Virus record (IMG/VR): IMGVR_UViG_3300025785_000013
Location: 1 to 64,000 of that record
Source of the DNA: a virus
Direction: 5' to 3' (one strand)
DNA length: 64,000 nt
Made by a program: the position numbers and the translations under genes. Within the stretch, counting starts at the first letter, position 1. Each line of letters opens with the position of its first letter. Shown in pieces: positions 15,919 to 22,573 of the stretch. Under the pieces are notes generated by a model that saw only the letters and a program-made list of their open reading frames with translations, did not search any database and was not told the DNA's origin.

Positions 15919-17277
15919 ATGGAAACCAACGCGTCAAACACCCTGAACGAAGACTGGATTAAGACCGGTACTTGGGACTTGTGGCGTATGAACACGCTCA
16001 TCACCACCATCCCCGACCTGTTGTGGTTCTTGAACGTCACTGACGCACCCCTCGCAGACCAGCAGGCAGCCGTACTGAAAATGACGAAGATGCCGTCGTG
16101 GATTCCGGCCCCGCAGGAACTTAAAGATGCTGCGACGGCGTTCCTCGCCACTGGTGAAATCCAAAAGGGGGATGTCAACGGTCACGTTTTTCACGGGAAC
16201 CAATGGGTCGCTGGCGAAGGTGGAAGTGGAATCTCCCCCGAAGCAACAAAAAAACTGTCCGAGGATGTCCAAAACTTCACGGAGTGGCTGACACAGGAAA
16301 AGGCCTTTGCTAGTGACCCTGCTGAAAACGAGCGACGGGCAGCCATCTTCCAAAGAAACTTCACGCACATCGTGTGCAACCCCGACGAGTACTGGAAGCA
16401 GTACACCATTGCCCGTGACAATCGGAACACCGACCCAGAAAGCGCAGCAATTCTGAGGATGCTTGGCTATGCCGAGAAGCCAACGGTGGTCAGTGAGGCG
16501 AAGTTTGCTGAAACCCCCGGCCCGTGCTTGTTCTCCGGCATTACTGCTGGAAGCAGTGGATTAGAAGCCAAACTGTCATCCCTTTATTTTGGAACGCCAA
16601 GGTTCGGTGGTGGAAACTACGGTGCTGCGTTTTACACATCAAGTACCAAAGACACTGCTGCCGATTACTCTAGGCCAGACGCTGGTGAACCGGCAGGTGG
16701 CTGCATCTTCCGTAGCAAGTTGGCCAACCCGTCGAACGTGCTGGAAAGTCAAGACATCCCGAACTCCTTTGGAGCAGCGGGCTGGGACACGATAATGAGC
16801 AAGAACCGGCTTTTCGCTGACGCTCAAATGTACGGTGGCGAAATCTATGGTGGAAACGGGCAGCAACAAGCCGCCTACCAAAAAATGGCTAAGGCAATTG
16901 CATTGCCCTTTGAAAGTTTCCAAATTGCCAGTTCGCTTCCTGCGCTCGCCGGGTACGACGCTTATCACGACAACAATCGCAACTACACAATGGTGCTGAA
17001 TCGCAGCGCAATGGTTCTCCCTGAAAGCGTCAGCATTTCCCCCAACGGTTTTGGATACGACAACGTTGACGAGACTGGCGCACTTGACCCGGCCAAGAAC
17101 GTGCTGGTGTCCTCACTCGCCAAGGACAGCGAAGTCGCCAAGACAGCCAACGCCCTGCTCGTTCAGGCCCTTGGAAGCAAACTGCGCTCCCACGACGCAA
17201 TCACCAAGACCGTTCGGGGAATGAATGTCTCGGCAGCCGAGTACGACGCTTGGGTTGCCCGAAACGGACAGTGGTAG
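15919..17277 (+). CDS. Tagged cargo protein with the third copy of the ART-like (GGGxYGAAFY) domain
   Basis: IQKGDVNGHVFHGNQW at 16165; clear paralogy to two modules of the preceding polyprotein; TAAACT 6 nt before ATG. Confidence 0.8.
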   Translation: METNASNTLNEDWIKTGTWDLWRMNTLITTIPDLLWFLNVTDAPLADQQAAVLKMTKMPSWIPAPQELKDAATAFLATGEIQKGDVNGHVFHGNQWVAGEGGSGISPEATKKLSEDVQNFTEWLTQEKAFASDPAENERRAAIFQRNFTHIVCNPDEYWKQYTIARDNRNTDPESAAILRMLGYAEKPTVVSEAKFAETPGPCLFSGITAGSSGLEAKLSSLYFGTPRFGGGNYGAAFYTSSTKDTAADYSRPDAGEPAGGCIFRSKLANPSNVLESQDIPNSFGAAGWDTIMSKNRLFADAQMYGGEIYGGNGQQQAAYQKMAKAIALPFESFQIASSLPALAGYDAYHDNNRNYTMVLNRSAMVLPESVSISPNGFGYDNVDETGALDPAKNVLVSSLAKDSEVAKTANALLVQALGSKLRSHDAITKTVRGMNVSAAEYDAWVARNGQW

Positions 17278-17286
17278 GATTTCACT

Positions 17287-17469
17287 ATGGCAAATCAAGA
17301 GCGTGACCCGTCAACTTGGAAGTGGTCTGGCAACCTGTTCGGGGATGACGAAGATGACAGTTCCGAGGATGTTTCCAACGTTGACGAGGATTCGTCTGAG
17401 CCGGAAATCACCAAGACGGTCAATCCAAATCTGATTCCTACGTCTCGCTTCTTTAAGCGTCGCAAGTAG
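17287..17469 (+). CDS. Small acidic hypothetical protein
   Basis: 60 aa; TAGGAT 6 nt upstream of ATG (leaderless pattern). Confidence 0.5.
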   Translation: MANQERDPSTWKWSGNLFGDDEDDSSEDVSNVDEDSSEPEITKTVNPNLIPTSRFFKRRK

Positions 17470-17474
17470 AAAGA

Positions 17475-17490
17475 CCACCCCGTAGGGTGG
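17475..17490. terminator. Hairpin between convergent transcription units
   Basis: CCACCC-CGTA-GGGTGG. Confidence 0.45.
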
Positions 17491-17538
17491 CCTAACTACC
17501 GGATAGAGCAACTGACCAACAGGGTCAGGATAAGGCTA

Positions 17539-18009
17539 TCACCAAGCGTGGCAGCCGTACTGGTCTGGTACTCCGTAGCCAGCGTTGATGCGCTTGGCCA
17601 CAGCGACCTGCTGGACAGGCGTGGCATCAGCAGCGTTCGCCGGGAAGCCCATCCCGCGTGAGAAGTATCGCCAGTTGGAGTTGGTGATGCCGAGGCCCCC
17701 GGAGTAGAGCGAGCCTCTGACGTGCCAGTTTCCACCTTCCTCGCAAGAAGCCACACGGCTCCACTCACGCAGGTCGGTAGCAGTCACGCCCCAAGGCCAG
17801 CCCTTTGGAGCGTGGTGAACGACAGGTGGCTTGTGGGCCACTGGCGTATGCGCCACGGTGGTCACTGGAGCGTGTTTCGGCGCACCGTGAAGTGGGCCGT
17901 GGAAATTGGAATGGTGCGGAGCAGATGCCCCGGCTGGTTGCAACAACACTGCCCCGATAGCGACAACGGAGACAGCGATAAGGGAACGGATAGACAAGGT
18001 AGGCCGCAT
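17539..18009 (-). CDS. Secreted Rpf-family (resuscitation-promoting factor-like) lytic transglycosylase
   Basis: AAGGAG RBS; signal peptide MRPTLSIRSLIAVSVVAIGAVLL..AGA; WSRVASCEEGGNW..YSGGLGI..ATPVQQVAVA matches the Rpf core. Confidence 0.85.
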   Translation of the reverse strand: MRPTLSIRSLIAVSVVAIGAVLLQPAGASAPHHSNFHGPLHGAPKHAPVTTVAHTPVAHKPPVVHHAPKGWPWGVTATDLREWSRVASCEEGGNWHVRGSLYSGGLGITNSNWRYFSRGMGFPANAADATPVQQVAVAKRINAGYGVPDQYGCHAW

Positions 18010-18199
18010 CGGACACTCCTTCAGGTCACGCGTCGTACAGCAGACGCAGGTTCTAGGTGGTGGTGGTGCGGGCAAACGCCATACGACATTCATACCCCAG
18101 TCCGGTTCCGGTGTGGAATACAACGGCCTCGCTTATTCAGCATCGGGTGTGTCGGCGTTATCACGGCCCTTATGGGGTCATTGGCCTCCCAAGTGGTTG
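18010..18199 (-). ncRNA. Candidate structured 5' leader (c-di-AMP/ydaO-like riboswitch?)
   Basis: About 190 nt between promoter and start. GACCCCA...UGGGGUAUGAAU pairing plus GCUGAAU and GGAACCGG elements; only partial resemblance. Confidence 0.35.
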
Positions 18200-18205
18200 A
18201 TGAAA

Positions 18206-18234
18206 ACCCTAGTCGGGTGACAGCAATGTGTCAA
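18206..18234 (-). promoter_or_regulatory. SigA/sigma70-type promoter of the Rpf-like gene
   Basis: TTGACA-17-TAGGGT. Confidence 0.7.
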
Positions 18235-18260
18235 GTTGACGAGGGTTCAGCAAACGGAAG

Positions 18261-18449
18261 TTAGTCCCAGCCGTAGCATCCGCAGTAGTAGGAATCGAAT
18301 TTAGCATCAGGCCGAGGCCTGAAGAACGGCAATGGATTGGCTGAGGGTTGCTCGCCACCGCACCCACGGAAGTAAGTGCAACGTGCTTTGCGCTGCTGCA
18401 CCAGCGTGGTCGGCGCGGGTGGGTAGTGGTTGCTCGTGAGGTGTCCCAT
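18261..18449 (-). CDS. Small Cys-containing hypothetical protein
   Basis: ATG overlaps the upstream TGA; C-terminal DSYYCGCYGWD. Confidence 0.6.
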   Translation of the reverse strand: MGHLTSNHYPPAPTTLVQQRKARCTYFRGCGGEQPSANPLPFFRPRPDAKFDSYYCGCYGWD

Positions 18450-18700
18450 CAGTCGTACTGCCCATCGTTCTGCCAAGCCGGGGAGCCGTAGGTGTGGTGG
18501 TGATGACCCTTGGCACAATGCCACGAGCCGTACTCGTCGGTGAGAACCGTGGCTGCGCCACAGGGAAGAATCTCAATGCGAGGGTTATCGTCGTAGTCGT
18601 AGCCGACAACACGCTCTACGAGCCAAGCGCATCCTTCAGCATCCAATTCGGCCTGAATCTGTGCAAGTTCATTTGGGGTCAATGCTTCGATAAGTGGCAT
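18449..18700 (-). CDS. Hypothetical protein (CxxGH Zn motif)
   Basis: GAGGA RBS; coupled to neighbour. Confidence 0.6.
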   Translation of the reverse strand: MPLIEALTPNELAQIQAELDAEGCAWLVERVVGYDYDDNPRIEILPCGAATVLTDEYGSWHCAKGHHHHTYGSPAWQNDGQYD

Positions 18701-18714
18701 CTGTTTCCTCTCGG

Positions 18715-18909
18715 TTAGTTGTCTTCGCTGGGGTTGGTGATTCGGTAGCCACCGTACCTAATGGCGTAGTCAACGCTCTGCCCTTGGTGACGATGCAGCC
18801 ATCCGATTGCCTCAAACAATCCCTCGTTGAACACAGGCGAAATAACTGCGCCGTCACGGGTGACAACATACGGCCCGTGCGATGGGATGGTGGCATATGA
18901 GTTCTTCAT
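18715..18909 (-). CDS. Hypothetical protein
   Basis: GAGG RBS before ATG 18909; follows promoter 18941-18969. Confidence 0.6.
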   Translation of the reverse strand: MKNSYATIPSHGPYVVTRDGAVISPVFNEGLFEAIGWLHRHQGQSVDYAIRYGGYRITNPSEDN

Positions 18910-18940
18910 CGGTTCCTCTCGTTTGGCACTACTAAACACC

Positions 18941-18969
18941 AGTCTAGCGAATGGGTGTCACAAAGTCAA
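18941..18969 (-). promoter_or_regulatory. Early-type promoter with TGTGACACCC spacer element
   Basis: TTGACT-17-TAGACT. Confidence 0.75.
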
Positions 18970-18987
18970 GTCATTTCTTTAGGTTCC

Positions 18988-19016
18988 TTGCCCGGCATCA
19001 CCAACCCTGCTACGGT
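18988..19016 (+). promoter_or_regulatory. Promoter for a leaderless transcript
   Basis: TTGCCC-17-TACGGT; ATG follows 7 nt downstream. Confidence 0.55.
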
Positions 19017-19023
19017 TGCTTAT

Positions 19024-19203
19024 ATGACTGAAGCAATCGGAGTTGACCCCCTGACCGAAGAACGTTCACCACTTTGGCTGTGCGACGAGCCGGAGTGTAC
19101 GAGAGCAACGGAGCCGGGAACCCCGGATGCTGAGGATTGGCTTCCAACTGAAGAAGCCCACTTCTGCCCTAAGCACGCCAACCTGCGCTTCGGCGGGAAG
19201 TAA
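19024..19203 (+). CDS. Small Zn-finger hypothetical protein
   Basis: CDEPEC..CPKH; coupled to the MTase gene. Confidence 0.55.
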   Translation: MTEAIGVDPLTEERSPLWLCDEPECTRATEPGTPDAEDWLPTEEAHFCPKHANLRFGGK

Positions 19204-20144
19204 TGCCACACGCTCGCATCCTCGTGGGTGACGTGCGTACACGCTTGGCCGAAATCCCCGACGGCTCTGTCCGCACCTGCATCACTTCACCGCCCTACTT
19301 CGGGCTGCGTGACTATGGACACGATGGACAGATTGGCCTAGAGCAGACACCAGACGATTACGTCAATGAACTGGTGGAGGTATTCCGTGAGGTGCGCCGT
19401 GTGCTGTCTGACGATGGAACCTTGTGGCTCAACCTTGGGGACAGTTATGCTGGCTCAGGAGTTGGTGGTGGTGGTAACCGTAAGGGCAATGAAAACGGTC
19501 AACACGACGCATTGAAAGCCCTAGGCCGACCACCAGTGCCCACTGGCCTGAAGCCGAAAGACTTGATTGGCATACCTTGGCGCGTGGCGTTCGCACTTCA
19601 GCAAGACGGCTGGTATCTCCGCAGCGACATCATCTGGCACAAGCCCAATCCGATGCCCGAGAGCGTCACCGACCGACCCACCAAGAGCCACGAGTATCTG
19701 TTTCTGCTCACCAAGTCGCCTCGGTATTACTACGACCACGAGGCCATCAAAGAGGATGGCGTTATCCCTGCTGGCACAAAGGCGGCAAAGGGTTCTGCTG
19801 AAAGGCAGGGTCTAAAGGGGGTCAATGCCCGACCACCCGAATACAAGGTCTATGACGGTAAGCGGAATAAGCGTGACGTATGGACTATCAACACTAAGCC
19901 CTTCAAAGGGGCGCACTTTGCGGTGATGCCAGAGGCCCTTGCAGAGCCGTGCATCCTTGCTGGTTCAGCACCCGGCGACACGGTACTTGACCCGTTTGCT
20001 GGAAGTGGAACGGTGGCAGTCGTTGCGCTGCGCCACGGAAGGAACTTTGTTGGTACGGAACTCAACCCTGAGTACAGTGAAATCGCACAAAACCGTATCT
20101 ACGATGATGCCCCAATGTTCTACCAGATAGAGGTGGTCGAATGA
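19203..20144 (+). CDS. Orphan beta-class N4-C/N6-A DNA methyltransferase
   Basis: Motif IV TSPPY near the N-terminus; motif I VLDPFAGSGT near the C-terminus; HFAVMP. Confidence 0.93.
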   Translation: MPHARILVGDVRTRLAEIPDGSVRTCITSPPYFGLRDYGHDGQIGLEQTPDDYVNELVEVFREVRRVLSDDGTLWLNLGDSYAGSGVGGGGNRKGNENGQHDALKALGRPPVPTGLKPKDLIGIPWRVAFALQQDGWYLRSDIIWHKPNPMPESVTDRPTKSHEYLFLLTKSPRYYYDHEAIKEDGVIPAGTKAAKGSAERQGLKGVNARPPEYKVYDGKRNKRDVWTINTKPFKGAHFAVMPEALAEPCILAGSAPGDTVLDPFAGSGTVAVVALRHGRNFVGTELNPEYSEIAQNRIYDDAPMFYQIEVVE

Positions 20145-20320
20145 CGTTTGACGAATGGCTGGAATTTGGAATTGCTTCGGGTTTCTGTACCCAGCAGTAC
20201 TGCGCTTTCCACGATTTTCCACCACTGACGGATGCCGAAGAAGCGTTGCTGGATGAAAATGACGAGATTTGCTACGGCGTTGTCCGGCTCGGAAGCCCAA
20301 GCGACTGGCTACAGGCGTGA
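20141..20320 (+). CDS. Hypothetical protein (59 aa, not in ORF track)
   Basis: ATGA overlap with the MTase stop; MTFDEWLEFGIASGFC..; GTGA overlap with next gene. Confidence 0.6.
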   Translation: MTFDEWLEFGIASGFCTQQYCAFHDFPPLTDAEEALLDENDEICYGVVRLGSPSDWLQA

Positions 20321-20544
20321 AGGCCATCGTTCATATTCACCAACAGAAAATCAAGAAGGGCGAACCAGCCATCATCGTTCGCACCTACAAAGGGGTTGCT
20401 CACTACAGTGAAATCCTCATCAACGGCCCGATGCGCCTCGTGCAGAGCGACACCCCGGACAAATGTGGCGCACGGGTTTGGATTGAAACCGACACCGAGT
20501 ACATCACCCCAGTGAGCGACTTCATTCTCTTTGGGGAGCAGTAG
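20317..20544 (+). CDS. Hypothetical protein
   Basis: GTG start overlapping the upstream stop; CGARVWIET motif. Confidence 0.6.
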   Translation: MKAIVHIHQQKIKKGEPAIIVRTYKGVAHYSEILINGPMRLVQSDTPDKCGARVWIETDTEYITPVSDFILFGEQ

Positions 20545-20729
20545 TGCTGGGCGAAGGTGAAAAACGGCTAGTCAGCCTTTGGTATGGGAACGGTTTCTAC
20601 GCCAAGGTCTACGAAGAAGCCGACGGCTCGTTCCACGCATTTTTCACTACGCCCGACTTTGACAACATTGCCGACGCACTCCAGTTTGTGGATAGGATTG
20701 CCGTCATTCTCCTTGGGGGTTTGGAATAG
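20544..20729 (+). CDS. Hypothetical protein
   Basis: GGAG RBS; coupled start/stop. Confidence 0.55.
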   Translation: MLGEGEKRLVSLWYGNGFYAKVYEEADGSFHAFFTTPDFDNIADALQFVDRIAVILLGGLE

Positions 20730-20872
20730 TGGATTGTCCGCACGAATGGCAACTCATCGCAGTAGGAAGCAAGGTGTGGGTGAACTGCAAGAACTGCACG
20801 AAGCGGTTCCCGTTCACCACCGAGTTCAATGGAACGCCCTACAAGGGGCCTATTCCCGAAAGGTACCGATGA
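20729..20872 (+). CDS. Small Zn-ribbon hypothetical protein (47 aa, not in ORF track)
   Basis: MDCPHEW..CKNC; coupled at both ends. Confidence 0.5.
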   Translation: MDCPHEWQLIAVGSKVWVNCKNCTKRFPFTTEFNGTPYKGPIPERYR

Positions 20873-21153
20873 GGAAGAAAGAACTGAAGGCGTTGGTGGA
20901 AACCACCCGAAGGGATTTGGAAACCTGCCACCAGTTGCTCTACAAGTACGCCGAAGACATTGACAAGTTGATTCAGCACACCGTCACAACGGACAACAAG
21001 ATTGCCGAAATCGAAAAGGAGAAAGACGTACTTCGCTACGCTTTTCACCTCGCCACTGGTCGGCTCGCAGCGCATCAAGGCATTGACTTCGACAACATCT
21101 CGGCCTTTGCCGACGCACTCATCTCCGAGGCAGAGCAAGACGCTCAGGATTGA
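20869..21153 (+). CDS. Coiled-coil hypothetical protein
   Basis: ATGA overlap; C-terminal half of ORF-track 20584..21153. Confidence 0.6.
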   Translation: MRKKELKALVETTRRDLETCHQLLYKYAEDIDKLIQHTVTTDNKIAEIEKEKDVLRYAFHLATGRLAAHQGIDFDNISAFADALISEAEQDAQD

Positions 21154-21154
21154 A

Positions 21155-21390
21155 TTGCAGTTGGCTGGCCAAGCCTTGGTAATCAGGGGACTGCTACTCC
21201 CATACCTATCTGTATATGCCAAAATCACCATCCGATAGGCAATGGTTCTTTTTATACGGCTTCCAACCTTGTCACCCAAGGTAGGAAATTTTGGATGGTG
21301 ACTTCCAAAGAACCGTAAGTGGCAACCTGTCTTCTGACAACGCTCGTGGCTTAATGCCCTTTTTACCGTCGCCACGCCGACGTGCTTCCA
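21155..21390 (-). ncRNA. Candidate structured ncRNA (about 235 nt)
   Basis: Own consensus promoter, no credible ORF, many complementary segments. Confidence 0.5.
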
Positions 21391-21395
21391 AACAC

Positions 21396-21424
21396 AGTAT
21401 ACCAACCCCACTACAGGGTGTCAA
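21396..21424 (-). promoter_or_regulatory. Near-consensus promoter
   Basis: TTGACA-17-TATACT. Confidence 0.8.
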
Positions 21425-21541
21425 GAGAAATGACGAAGCGGCCCGTTGGAGAGGCCGCCTCGTCGGTACTTCTGGTGTTGGTTAACGCAGCATTGCAGTA
21501 CTTCGGGTTAGGGCTTGGCAGACTGTCTGCCAACCGAAGCC
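21422..21541 (-). ncRNA. Candidate sRNA (about 120 nt) with intrinsic terminator
   Basis: Promoter upstream; 5' hairpin TTGGCAGA/TCTGCCAA; 3' hairpin 21432-21464 followed by AUUUCUCUU. Confidence 0.55.
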
Positions 21542-21546
21542 CCGTT

Positions 21547-21598
21547 ATCGTATCCACTTCAGCAGAGGTTTGCAACAACACACTCAACCCTGTACGGT
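21547..21598. promoter_or_regulatory. Divergent promoter pair sharing one palindromic -35 (TTGCAA)
   Basis: TTGCAA at 21570-21575; TACGGT 17 nt right on +; TACGAT 17 nt left on -. Confidence 0.6.
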
Positions 21599-21604
21599 AG
21601 TGAA

Positions 21605-21997
21605 ATGCGAACGAAACCGAACACGCCACCCCGTCGTAAAGACGCAGAGATTCTTCGCTACATCGCTTGGCACTGTAGGGAGATGGGGTTTTCACCATCC
21701 ATCCGAAGTATCTGCACTGCGACAGGAATTCGGAGTACATCAACGGTTCAGCAGATGCTGGTCAGAATGGAAGTCGAAGGCCGGATTCGCCGTGACGGGT
21801 ACAAGCGCACCGTCATCACTGTCCAAGATGTTGACCCGGAGTTCTGCCAGCACGACTGGCGCATCACCAACAAAGATTGCATTGCCCTCGGAGAGGCGTT
21901 GGTGGAATGTCTGCACTGCCATCGGAGTACAGCCGTTGAGTTCCACCCGGATTGGAACGACTTAGAAACTTGCCCACGCTACACGGGTCAAGTGTAG
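21605..21997 (+). CDS. LexA-like winged-HTH regulator with a C-terminal Zn-finger-like domain
   Basis: EILRYI..GFSPSIRSICTATGIRSTSTV..GRIRR matches the LexA DNA-binding domain; CQHDW..CLHC; no peptidase domain. Confidence 0.8.
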   Translation: MRTKPNTPPRRKDAEILRYIAWHCREMGFSPSIRSICTATGIRSTSTVQQMLVRMEVEGRIRRDGYKRTVITVQDVDPEFCQHDWRITNKDCIALGEALVECLHCHRSTAVEFHPDWNDLETCPRYTGQV

Positions 21998-22052
21998 GCA
22001 AACTAAATATCTGTGCTAACCTATGTGCAGCAACCCTAGTAGGGAGTTGAGG

Positions 22053-22286
22053 ATGAGTTCACTGAACGAATTGGCCGAGAGGATTGCCAAGGAAATGACC
22101 CTTGGTACGCCGAACGACGAAGACTTGCACAACCTTGTCCAAAAGGCACTGACCCAGCAGGATGCCCTTGCGCGGCTGGCCAGTGAAAACGAAGCACTGA
22201 CCAAGCAGGTGGCCGACCTCACTGCTCGCTTGGAATCCATTGAGCCGTTCACCCACCTCGTGCAGTACGCAGAGGGTTCTGCCTGA
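22053..22286 (+). CDS. Coiled-coil hypothetical protein
   Basis: GAGG RBS; coupled to next gene. Confidence 0.6.
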   Translation: MSSLNELAERIAKEMTLGTPNDEDLHNLVQKALTQQDALARLASENEALTKQVADLTARLESIEPFTHLVQYAEGSA

Positions 22287-22543
22287 TGTGGCCGTTCACC
22301 AAGTCCCGGCTTGTGTGGAAGAAGGGCGAGTTCAACGAATTTGAAGCAGTAGACGAGCCGTATCGCTACGTCGTTTGGTCGGGGAATGGAATCACCGAAC
22401 TGCGCCTCATCCAGCGTGAGCAGTTCAACGGCATTGGTATGCCGTTCCAAGATTTCAGCATCTACACCCGTGACATTGACGCTGCGTTCGCTTTGGCCGA
22501 AGAAGTCAACAAGTTGATTCGTAAGGCTCGCCGGTACAAGTAA
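22286..22543 (+). CDS. Hypothetical protein
   Basis: TGATG coupling. Confidence 0.6.
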   Translation: MWPFTKSRLVWKKGEFNEFEAVDEPYRYVVWSGNGITELRLIQREQFNGIGMPFQDFSIYTRDIDAAFALAEEVNKLIRKARRYK

Positions 22544-22573
22544 ACGTCACACCGTTCTGCTATGGTGGAACGT

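Larger units (their letters stand above)
4..16206 (+). repeat. Dispersed peptide-level repeat K-G(D/G)x(n)-GHxFxGN(Q)[YW], 18 copies
   Basis: Copies start at 4, 575, 1656, 2163, 3050, 3371, 4365, 5662, 6112, 6919, 7601, 8768, 10501, 11245, 12493, 13342, 14485, 16165. Conserved as amino acids, synonymous codons vary. Confidence 0.95.

Noticed and set aside
4-16206. The GGxCAxxxxTTxxxxGGxAAxCA repeats as a CRISPR array or DNA/RNA repeat
   Set aside because: Spacing is irregular (0.3-1.7 kb), all copies are in frame within ORFs and third positions vary freely, so selection is on the peptide
11545-17090. Diversity-generating retroelement behind the triplicated domain
   Set aside because: No reverse transcriptase in the window, and the copies differ at all base types rather than only at adenines
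20839-21411. 190-aa minus-strand ORF
   Set aside because: It starts inside the promoter, runs antisense to a coupled plus-strand gene and has no recognisable motif
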